Part shown: piece by piece, positions 1-7,556 of the stretch | Position numbering within the stretch: the stretch's first letter is position 1 | How the letters are laid out: the number at the start of each line of letters is the position of its first letter | Source of the DNA: Selaginella moellendorffii | Taxonomy: Eukaryota > Plantae > Lycopodiophyta | Assembly: GCF_000143415.4 (NCBI RefSeq) | Contig: NW_003314278.1 | Coordinates: 1-11,995 of the forward strand | DNA: 11,995 nucleotides | Direction: 5' to 3' | Position numbers and translations under genes: made by a program | The notes under the pieces: generated by a model | Database searches by the model: none | Seen by the model: only the letters and a program-made list of their open reading frames with translations | What the model was told of the DNA's origin: nothing

Positions 1-2
1 AT

Positions 3-164
3 GGCTTCATGTGTGAAGAGTTTGGTGTGGTAAGGTATGTTGTGGAGCAGCCAGAAGCCCAGGGTGAATATAAGTATGTGAGGCCTTGTGAGGTTTTACC
101 ACTGCCTGAGGACTCCTATGCATGGACCCTGGGCGAGAGTCATTTGCGAAAGTGTTCTGTGTGA
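3..164 (+). CDS. Possible 3' end of an unidentified coding region entering from the left window edge
   Basis: Open frame from the window edge, GFMCEEFGVVRYVVEQPEAQGEYKYVRPCEVLPLPEDSYAWTLGESHLRKCSV, ends at TGA 162-164 and is followed by AT-rich sequence. No family recognised. Confidence 0.25.
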   Translation, partial: GFMCEEFGVVRYVVEQPEAQGEYKYVRPCEVLPLPEDSYAWTLGESHLRKCSV

Positions 165-385
165 AACTGGTGCCCCAAGGCTTCTGGCCGAAGAGCATTT
201 TTTATTTAATTTGTGTAGAGTGTGGTTTATTTTTGCATATTGAGTGTATCGATATCTTTTAGTTAGCAGATTATATTGAAGAACTGAAAACTACCTACAG
301 TTAAGTGCATGCAGCAACAGATCATATAAAAAATGAATGCAGAGAATAACAAATCGGGATTTCTAGGAAGTTCATGCGTGTTGTT

Positions 386-412
386 AATAATAATAATAAT
401 AATAATAATAAT
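386..412 (+). repeat. (AAT)9 microsatellite
   Basis: Perfect AAT run. The paralogous site in copy B (1931-1945) has (AAT)5. Confidence 0.9.
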
Positions 413-705
413 CATAAAAACCTGATGTTCAGCCAGTTAGAAGATTGTCTGAAAATTATGCATGGATTGCTGCTGGCTCACTTTCTATATATATCAAAGA
501 GATTTTTTTTTTAACAATAAACATCTAAGCTGCTGCAGTTAAGCTGTGACATTGTAAAGTTTAAAAAGGAAAAGAATTAGAAAAAGAAAAAACAGAAAAC
601 ACGAGCTTTTTACTACTACAGTTAAGTAATAACAAATTGGGATTTCTAGGGTATGCGTGCGGCACTAGGGTTTGTGTGGTGTGTGTCTCATTTCTCAACA
701 ATCTC

Positions 706-749
706 ATGCAGTGGAAAACGTTTTTCAGGGATCCCACTTTCTGGTGGGA
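706..749 (+). pseudogene. Truncated 5' copy of the PDF-PPR gene (MQWKTFFRDPTFWW), broken inside the PDF motif
   Basis: Near-identical to 2256-2299. Similarity stops abruptly at 749. Confidence 0.8.
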
Positions 750-1618
750 GCTTCGATCAAAGACTTATTGGATCTACAAAGAGCTAGCAAGCCATCACTT
801 ACAGCAAAGTTCTTGTTGGGATCTTGTTTTTCTTCCTCAGCAGTGGACAAGGTATGATACAATGAAAAAGGTAAAGTCAGGTATTTGTTTAACGTCCGCT
901 TGGAGCAAACCTTGCTCATCGGATGGCCTCATGACAACCCATTACAACCCAGGATGAAAACTCCACATCAAAGCTTAAGGCAGCATCACTTGTGATCGCC
1001 TTCATCTTGCTTTACAAACTGAAGTTATCGAGGTTTGTGATTGGATAATGCTTGATGGTGCTGAGACTCAAATCATCTTTGTTATGGAAACAACCCCTAG
1101 TCTCTCCATGCAACACATAACAATCCATCACCTCAAGCTATTGTTTTTTATCCCTGTAACAGTGGTGCACTGTTTCCAGGTATAGCTCCCAAGGAGGTCC
1201 CAGTTCCCAGGATGGCCTTCGGTAAAAGGATCGGGACGATACATCAGAGAGGGAAATACACTGAACTGGATCCTAAGGTTCAACTGGGAGAATGCTCTGC
1301 AATACACTAGTTTGGGGAGTACCTATATCTGATCTTATATAGTTATCCTGGGAAGGTAATGAGTTCAGTGTGTCTTTTTTTATGTACAGGTCTAAGCATG
1401 GCAGAGAGCTTTTGATGGATAAAATTGACACCAAGCTTATGCGGAAGTTGAAGAATCGGAAGTACATTGTCAACATGTGGAAGACACTGGTGGAAGCTAA
1501 GGTAAGCTGGCTTCTTGTGCAGGACAGCATCCCTGTTGGTGATTGGCTCACAGTTCACAAAACTCTGTATTCTATGCAATGAAAACCCGTGGAGATGCTT
1601 GAACACCTCTTCACATGC
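750..1618 (+). mobile_element. Degenerate LINE (L1-like) ORF2 fragment: post-RT region and zf-RVT/CCHC zinc knuckle
   Basis: Across frameshifts, ~1470-1618 reads MWKTLVEAKVSWLLVQDSIPVGDWL..LCILCNE..VEMLEHLFTC, matching the zf-RVT pattern WK..PKV..WL....P....CxxC...E..HLF.C. The upstream part (SIKDLLDLQRA..AKFLL..QW) is compatible with the post-RT region but weaker. Confidence 0.6.
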
Positions 1619-1707
1619 AAGTCGCCACGAACAGATCTACCTGTTTCTTCTCCTTGCTCAGCATTGAATGGATCTCCATCCCGATGCGTAGAGCTCTCTC
1701 CCTCTTC
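1617..1707 (-). repeat. 91-bp inverted copy of an internal PPR repeat segment
   Basis: Reverse complement matches 2864-2954 with 1 mismatch, and also matches the +333 and +666 copies. Confidence 0.95.
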
Positions 1708-2299
1708 CTGGTGCCCTGAGGCTTCTGGCCGTGTCGCCCCATGAAGAGCATTTTTTATTTAATTTGTGTAGAGTGTGGTTTATTTTTGCATCGATATCTT
1801 TTAGTTAGCAGATTATATTGAAGAACTGAAGACTACCTACAGTTAAGTGCATGCAGCAACAGATCATATAAAAAATGAATGCAGAGAATAACAAATCGGG
1901 ATTTCTAGGAAGTTCGTGCGTGTTGTTAGTAATAATAATAATAATCACAAAAATCTGATGTTCAGCCAGTTAGAAGATTGTCTGAAAATTATGCATGTAC
2001 TGATTCTTCAGCTCTTGAGCAACTGATTGCTGCTGGCTCACTTTCTATATATATCAAAGAGATTTTTTTTTTAACAATAAACATCTAAGCTGCTGCAGTT
2101 AAGCTGTGACATTTTAAAGTTCAAACAGGAAAAGAATTAGAAAAAGAAAAAACAGAAAACACGAGCTTTTCAGTTAAGTAATAACAAATCGGGATTTCTA
2201 GGGTATGCGTGTGGCGCTAGGGTTTGTGTGGTGTGTGTCATTTCTCAACAATCTCATGGAGTGGAAAACGTTTTTCAGGGATCCCACTTTCTGGTGGGA
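1708..2299 (+). repeat. Copy B of the ~590-bp direct duplication (native upstream region and start of the PPR gene)
   Basis: Aligns to 167-749. Confidence 0.95.
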
Positions 2300-4940
2300 C
2301 AACAGGTTCAAGAAGAAAAACAAGTTCTTCTCAGAGTCCTACCCGGATTTCAAACATGTTTCTACCGGAGAGAGCCTGTGGATCGCCAACAGGAAAACAC
2401 CAACCTGGGTCTCTGCAAAACTCGAGTCGCTCGCTGACCCAGCTGTAGGTAAGGCCACCACGGCCCGCTACAAATCTCCACATACCCCGGTGAGTTTAGG
2501 GAGGCTGATACACCGCGTGAGAGACTCAGCTGAGAGCAGATCCCTTTCTTTGGGAAAACAAGCCCATGAAGCTGTGCTCAAGAGTGATGAGCACAAAAGC
2601 AACATCTACTTGTTGACGGGATTGCTCGATATGTACTGCAAGTGTGGCGAGCTTGAGGAGGCTCGCAAGATTTTCGACTCCATGGGAACCCGGAGTGTTG
2701 TGTCCTACAACGCGATCATCCAGGGCTGTGGCTCGAACGGGCAAGCTGAACTTGCTCTGGAGTACTACTCTGCCCTGAGAGCTTGTACCACCATTCAACC
2801 CAACGATCGGACACATGTCGCGGTGATCAGTGCCTGCTCCAGACTTGCTACCGAATCCAGCGAGAAGAGGGAGAGAGCTCTACGCATCGGGATGGAGATC
2901 CATTCAATGCTGTGCAAGGAGAAGAAACAGGTAGATCTGTTCGTGGCGACTTGCCTGGTAGACATGTACTGCAAGTGTGGCGAGCTTGAGGAGGCTCGCA
3001 AGATTTTCCACTCCATGGGAACCCGGAGTGTTGTGTCCTACAACGCGATCATCCAGGGCTGCGGCTCGAACGGGCAAGCTGAACTTGCTCTGGAGTACTA
3101 CTCTGCCCTGAGAGCTTGTACCACCATTCAACCCAACGATCGGACTCATGTCGCGGTGATCAGCGCCTGCTCCACACTTGCTACCGAATCTAGCGAGAAG
3201 AGGGAGAGAGCTCTACGCATCGGGATGGAGATCCATTCAATGCTGAGCAAGGAGAAGAAACAGCTAGATCTGTTCGTGGCGAATTGCCTGGTAGACATGT
3301 ACTGCAAGTGTGGCGAGCTTGAGGAGGCTCGCAAGATTTTCCACTCCATGGGAACTCGGAGTGTTGTGTCCTACACCGCGATCATCCAGGGCTGCAACAC
3401 GAACGGGCGAGCTGAACTTGCTCTGGAGTACTACTCTGCCCTGAGAGCTGATAACACCATTCAACCCGACGATCGGACTCATGTCGTGGCGATCAGCGCC
3501 TGCTCCACCCTTGCTACCGAATCCAGCGAGAAGAGGGAGAGAGCTCTACGCATCGGGATGGAGATCCATTCAATGCTGAGCAAGGAGAAGAAACAGCTAG
3601 ATCTGTTCATGGCGAATTGCCTGGTAGACATGTACTGCAAGTGTGGCGAGCTTGAGGAGGCTCGCAAGATTTTCCACTCCATGGGAACTCGGAGTGTTGT
3701 GTCCTACACCGCGATCATCCAGGGCTGCAACACGAACGGGCGAGCTGAACTTGCTCTGGAGTACTACTCTGCCCTGAGAGCTGATAACACCATTCAAGCT
3801 GATGCTTGCACCTACACCTGCGTCCTTGCTGCTTGCGGGAGTGTGATGGCGATCAAGCTCGGGAGGGAGATTCACCAGCTGGTGAAGCATAAAGGGCTGC
3901 TGAAAAACAATCCAGTTCTGGGCTCCAGCCTGGTGAGCTTCTACGGCAAATGCGGCGATGTTGATTCTGCTCAGGAAGCGTTTGACGAGTGCCGAGCTCG
4001 GGACAACACGGGTCTCTGGAACTCTCTCATACAGGCTTACACTCTCCAGGGCCGATCGATCGAGGCCTTGGAGCGTTTCTATTCCATGACTCAGGAGGAG
4101 GGCTGTAAAGCTGACGATGTGAGTTTTGTCTCGGTGTTGAACGCTTGCAGCCATGGTGGTCTGGTCGGGAAAGGAAGGCAGCTTCTGGATGAAATGCCCA
4201 AGCAGTATGGAGTCAAGCCACGTCTGGAGCATTATGTGTGCCTGATCGATATGCTCGGGCGAGCTAACCTCCTCGACGAAGCTGTGAGAGTTCTCAGAGC
4301 CATGCCTTTTGAACCGGACGCAGTGGTTTGGACGTCCCTGCTCGGAGCCTGCCGGAAGTGGAAGAATTACACGATCGGCAAACTCGCGTTTGAGCGTCTT
4401 GTGGAGATGGATCCCAAGAGCTGCACGCCCTACGCATTGATGGCCAATATATTTGGAAACCTGGGGATGCTCAGTGAAATGGCCGCTGTTGTGGAGAGAA
4501 TGAGAGGTGAAGGCAGCTTCAGGGAGCCCGGGAGAAGCTGGTGGACGGATGTTAGCTCAGGAAAAGTGCATTCTTTTTCTGTCGGGGATAGGAGTCACTC
4601 ACAGAGCGACGAGATTGCGGCCAAGCTCAAGCAATTGTTGCTGAGAATGAAAGAGGAGGGGTACGCGAGCGATGTGATCAACGTTCTAAAAGACATACCC
4701 GAGGAAGAGAAAGAGGATCACCTGTGCGGCCACAGTGAGAAGCTTGCGCTGGGGTGTGCTCTGGTGAACTCGCACCAGAAGGAGACCATCAGAATTGTGA
4801 AAAATCTCCGAGTTTGTGACGGTTGCCATGCGGCCACTGCTCTCATCTCTAAGCTGGAAAAAAGGCTAATCATCTGCAAAGATGCCAGTCGGGTTCATGT
4901 GTTCCAGGATGGCAGATGTTCCTGTGACAACTACTTTTAA
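2205..4940 (+). CDS. PLS-class PPR protein with E1/E2 and DYW (WW-type) cytidine-deaminase domain and an N-terminal OSB-type PDF motif; putative C-to-U editing factor. Start may be ATG 2256.
   Basis: 911-aa intronless ORF. S motifs (LVDMYCKCGELEEARKIF), P motifs (VVSYNAIIQG), L motifs, P2-L2-S2, E1 (AVVWTSLLGAC), PG box PGRSWWTD, HSEKLA, KNLRVCDGCH, HVFQDGRCSCDNYF. Confidence 0.95.
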   Translation: MRVALGFVWCVSFLNNLMEWKTFFRDPTFWWDNRFKKKNKFFSESYPDFKHVSTGESLWIANRKTPTWVSAKLESLADPAVGKATTARYKSPHTPVSLGRLIHRVRDSAESRSLSLGKQAHEAVLKSDEHKSNIYLLTGLLDMYCKCGELEEARKIFDSMGTRSVVSYNAIIQGCGSNGQAELALEYYSALRACTTIQPNDRTHVAVISACSRLATESSEKRERALRIGMEIHSMLCKEKKQVDLFVATCLVDMYCKCGELEEARKIFHSMGTRSVVSYNAIIQGCGSNGQAELALEYYSALRACTTIQPNDRTHVAVISACSTLATESSEKRERALRIGMEIHSMLSKEKKQLDLFVANCLVDMYCKCGELEEARKIFHSMGTRSVVSYTAIIQGCNTNGRAELALEYYSALRADNTIQPDDRTHVVAISACSTLATESSEKRERALRIGMEIHSMLSKEKKQLDLFMANCLVDMYCKCGELEEARKIFHSMGTRSVVSYTAIIQGCNTNGRAELALEYYSALRADNTIQADACTYTCVLAACGSVMAIKLGREIHQLVKHKGLLKNNPVLGSSLVSFYGKCGDVDSAQEAFDECRARDNTGLWNSLIQAYTLQGRSIEALERFYSMTQEEGCKADDVSFVSVLNACSHGGLVGKGRQLLDEMPKQYGVKPRLEHYVCLIDMLGRANLLDEAVRVLRAMPFEPDAVVWTSLLGACRKWKNYTIGKLAFERLVEMDPKSCTPYALMANIFGNLGMLSEMAAVVERMRGEGSFREPGRSWWTDVSSGKVHSFSVGDRSHSQSDEIAAKLKQLLLRMKEEGYASDVINVLKDIPEEEKEDHLCGHSEKLALGCALVNSHQKETIRIVKNLRVCDGCHAATALISKLEKRLIICKDASRVHVFQDGRCSCDNYF
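2218..2225 (+). promoter_or_regulatory. Telo-box-like motif (TAGGGTTT) upstream of the second ATG
   Basis: Reverse complement of the plant telo-box AAACCCTA, ending 30 bp before ATG 2256. Also present in copy A (666-673). Short motif, could be chance. Confidence 0.35.
2262..2423 (+). other. PDF motif (as in plant organellar ssDNA-binding OSB/PTAC9 proteins) within the PPR ORF
   Basis: WKTFFRDPTFWWDNRFKKKNKFFSESYPDFKHVSTGESLWIANRKTPTWVSAKL fits the pattern W..FF..P..WWDNR..K.N...PDFKH..TGE.LW.....P.WV...L recalled for OSB PDF motifs. Confidence 0.85.
2631..3797 (+). repeat. 3.5 x 333-bp intragenic tandem repeat (one S-P-L triplet, 111 aa, per unit)
   Basis: atgtactgcaagtgtggcgag recurs at 2631, 2964, 3297 and 3630. 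Units are nearly identical at DNA level. Confidence 0.97.
4527..4940 (+). other. DYW deaminase domain, WW variant
   Basis: PGRSWWTD (4527), HSE (4731), CDGC (4815), HxF..G.CSC, terminal NYF in place of DYW. Confidence 0.88.
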
Positions 4941-5224
4941 AACATGTCAGTGCTCTTTCTTGCAGTTATCCCTGGTTTTAAACCCTCCGTGAGTCGAGCA
5001 GAAACATGGGCCGCTGAGTGAGCATGCCTCGAAGTACCGCCGTCAACCTGCAATGATGCCAGTCGGGTTCATGTGTTCCAGGATGGCAAATGTTCCTGTG
5101 ACAACTACTTTTAAAACATGTCAGTGCTCTGTCTTGCAGTTATCCCTGGTTTTAAACCCTCCTTGAGTCGAGCAGAAACATGGGCCGCTGAGTGAGCATG
5201 CCTCGAAGTACCGCCGTCAACCTG
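4874..5224 (+). repeat. 2 x 174-bp tandem duplication of the last DYW codons, stop codon and 3' flank
   Basis: 4874-5047 vs 5048-5221, four substitutions by eye, ctg microhomology at the junction. Confidence 0.95.
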
Positions 5225-5662
5225 AACTTCAAGGAGAAAAAATTAACATTTAAAAGTTAAAACTATGCAAAAGGAGGATGACACCGGGAGCAAGGTGATG
5301 GCGGCTTGCGGCATGACCAACTTTGGGTTTGTGCTCCTAGAGCACGTTGAAGACGTGTGGAGGCTGGTGACGACGGCATTTGTTTCTTGCGACGTACTCA
5401 CCAGTTCCTCGGCGACGTCTTCCTTCCAGATTTTTTGAGCTTGTCGTGAGTGGTGACCTGCTTTCTCTCTCCTGTGACGACTTCTTCCAGCCTCTGGTGC
5501 CCAACCTCAAGGCTCTCTTGTGGATGGAGCTAGCCCTACACAGTGTGTGTGTGTGTATCAAACAGCAGATGCACAAATCGTTGAGAATTAGCAACAAGTG
5601 TGTATCATAGGCTTAGTACGTAGTGTACTAGTGTACATGTACATGTGTTTCAGCTAAATATA

Positions 5663-6409
5663 ATGGGCCAAATACACCGAAGAAGTGTGTATAAGAAGAG
5701 TAGAAACAAATTAAGAAATGTGGCCGGGGTTGGCCGCGGATCTCTGAATCTGGCCCCGGGAGGATTAGGCCATGGTTCTCGAGGAGGGGGTGCCCCGGGA
5801 GGAGGAGGCCATGGTTCTACTCTAGGAGGAGGAGGCCGTGGTTCTTCTCCGGGAGGATGAGGCCAGCATGTTCTCATGACGAAGACACAGCACTGGAATC
5901 TCATCTTCACCCTTTTGCTTTAGGGTGACATGCACATTGCGGATGACAAGAGCCCCGGTCTCCAAGTGCTGCCTGAGGAAGAAGACCGTGAACTTGAGGT
6001 TCGTTGGGCTGTGATTGGGAGGAGGTTTTGCATCGGCCTGTGGTGGGTCACCACCTGGAGTAAGTTTTCTTTGGAGTATTACGATGTGGGGAGGTGGAAG
6101 AGGAAACTTCAGATGGAGAAGAGGACCTTCTTCACCATTTGTGGGATGCTGGAGAGCGAGATCCAGAAGCAAGATACCGGTTGGAGGAGTGTGGTGCTGG
6201 TGGATGTTTGACTGGGGGTGACTTTGTACAAGCTTTTCAAGAACACAGATTACTTGGATCTGTCGGACAAGTTCGGCATCGGGGAGTCCACAGCTCATGA
6301 GATTGTCATGGACACTACTGTGGCAATTGTCAAGTGTCTCAGGTACAAGATTCATTTTCCTTCAACTGCCAAAGAGGTTCGAGCTGTTAGGGTGGGGTTC
6401 CATGCTCTA
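5663..6409 (+). pseudogene. PIF/Harbinger (HARBI1-like, DDE_Tnp_4) transposase 1, N-terminal part, with a Gly-rich leader
   Basis: ORFs 5645, 5930 and 6218 share one frame, broken by stops at 5858, 5921 and 6209. Reads WKRKLQMEKRTFFTICGML..V*LGVTLYKL....LSDKFGIGESTAHEIV...IHFP, the typical Harbinger N-terminal/HTH region. Confidence 0.85.
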
Positions 6410-6582
6410 CCCACCTGGAAATTTCTCCCCCCCCTCCAAAAAAACTCCCTTCCCCTTTTTTTTAATGGTTACTTGTAACCCTTTCTTTTTTATGCCATGT
6501 AGGGTTACACATCAGCATTCTTTTTCCCACATCATAAAGGATTAGGGCATTAATTTTGTTTGCCCTAAATTGAGCACATAGC

Positions 6583-6758
6583 ATGCCACAGCTTAGCAAT
6601 TCTTCCTTGGCAATCATTTCCCATGCTATAGAGATTGTGATGAGGTACTTAAATTTGGTAGAGTTGTTCTTCCTGGAGGAAAAGGACATGATTTTAGTTC
6701 CGGTTTCAAAAAAACTTTTATTTATTCGAATGGTGGAGAAAGTGATTGCTATAGTGCA
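6583..6758 (+). pseudogene. Probable N-terminus of Harbinger transposase 2, left of the inversion breakpoint
   Basis: ATG-led open frame runs up to the point where minus-strand transposase similarity ends. Assigned by position only. Confidence 0.35.
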
Positions 6759-6930
6759 TCTATCTGAAACACTACCTACTATCCTTGTTATTATGTCAAG
6801 GAATGAAGTCTTACTATCTACCACGACTTAAACTACCATCGAGTAGTACTTTTTTGCCCCAACATACCAATTTGTTGCATCCTCTGATCCTGGGAACTTG
6901 ATTGCAATGTGAGTGCAATCCATTGCACCA

Positions 6931-7053
6931 CAACAATTTGGGAATCCATGCAATCTCTGAAATCCAGCTATACTTCTTTCATTCCCTCCTCAACAATTTG
7001 GGAATCCATGCAATCTCTGAAATTCAGCTATAACTTCTTTCATTCCCTCCTCA
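6931..7053. repeat. 60/61-bp tandem duplication inside transposase 2
   Basis: caacaatttgggaatccatgcaatctctgaaat.cagctata.cttctttcattccctcct at 6931 and 6991. Confidence 0.95.
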
Positions 7054-7189
7054 TCCGGCCAATGAGTCATTATTCCTTCATGCTCAAGCAATGCATACCT
7101 GAAATGGCGTAGACAAGCTTGGGCAATGCATGAAAACACTCCAAATGCATCACTAATTGTCTACCACATATCTATAAGCTCCTGAGTTT

Positions 7190-7244
7190 GGACTTCCCGA
7201 GAGGTCACCCAGCCCAGTACTATTCTAACCCAAGGACACTTAAC
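7190..7244 (-). promoter_or_regulatory. 5S rRNA-derived Pol III internal promoter segment (A box, IE, C box) in the 3' LTR
   Basis: GTTAAGTGTCCTTGGGTTAGAATAGTACTGGGCTGGGTGACCTCTCGGGAAGTCC vs plant 5S GTTAAGCGTGCTTGGGCGAGAGTAGTACTAGGATGGGTGACCTCCTGGGAAGTCC (recalled consensus). Confidence 0.9.
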
Positions 7245-7501
7245 CCTAAGTATCCCAAGACCCTTAACCGATTGGAAAAAAGGGTGCACTCTTGTTCATA
7301 GGCCCTTTCCCTCTATATTTGAGCTGAGAGCCACAGCTCTCCCGAGAGTCCCGCTCTCTTGACACCCTACCCCTCGGGTCGAGCCCAGTGGGAGCAAACT
7401 GGACCAGCCAGATGTTAATCAACATGTGGTGTGATTCCCCTAGCCAACCAACAGAGTCGGACTTGAGACCTCTCTGATACCAAATGTAAGCTCTTGAGTT
7501 T

Positions 7502-7556
7502 GGACTTCCCGGGAGGTCACCCAGCCCAGTACTATTCTAACCCAAGGACACTTAAC
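7502..7556 (-). promoter_or_regulatory. 5S rRNA-derived Pol III internal promoter segment in the 5' LTR
   Basis: Same 5S-like segment: GTTAAGTGTCCTTGGGTTAGAATAGTACTGGGCTGGGTGACCTCCCGGGAAGTCC. Confidence 0.9.

Larger units (their letters stand above)
167..749 (+). repeat. Copy A of a ~590-bp direct duplication of the PPR upstream region plus the first codons of the gene
   Basis: Aligns by eye to 1708-2299 from ctggtgccc to atcccactttctggtggga, with few substitutions and several small indels. Confidence 0.95.

Noticed and set aside
2526-4232. Minus-strand and alternative-frame ORFs over the PPR gene, including the 211-aa ORF 3597-4232
   Set aside because: Shadow frames of the PPR CDS that repeat with its 333-bp period; no motifs of their own.
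4527-4940. U-to-C (DYW:KP) reverse editor
   Set aside because: It has PGxSWW and HSE, not the KPAxA/HAE signatures associated with the KP type.
5278-5650. Possible exon(s) or a Helitron 3' end near gtactagt/gtacatgtacatgt
   Set aside because: Short broken frames with no recognisable motif, and no GC-rich hairpin before the CTAG.
5650-5910. Proline-rich minus-strand protein
   Set aside because: Antisense reading of the Gly-rich repeat that is in frame with transposase 1.
7190-7556. 5S rRNA genes
   Set aside because: Only ~55 nt of the ~120-nt 5S is present, embedded in LTRs with PBS, PPT and TSD. This is a Cassandra core, not rDNA.
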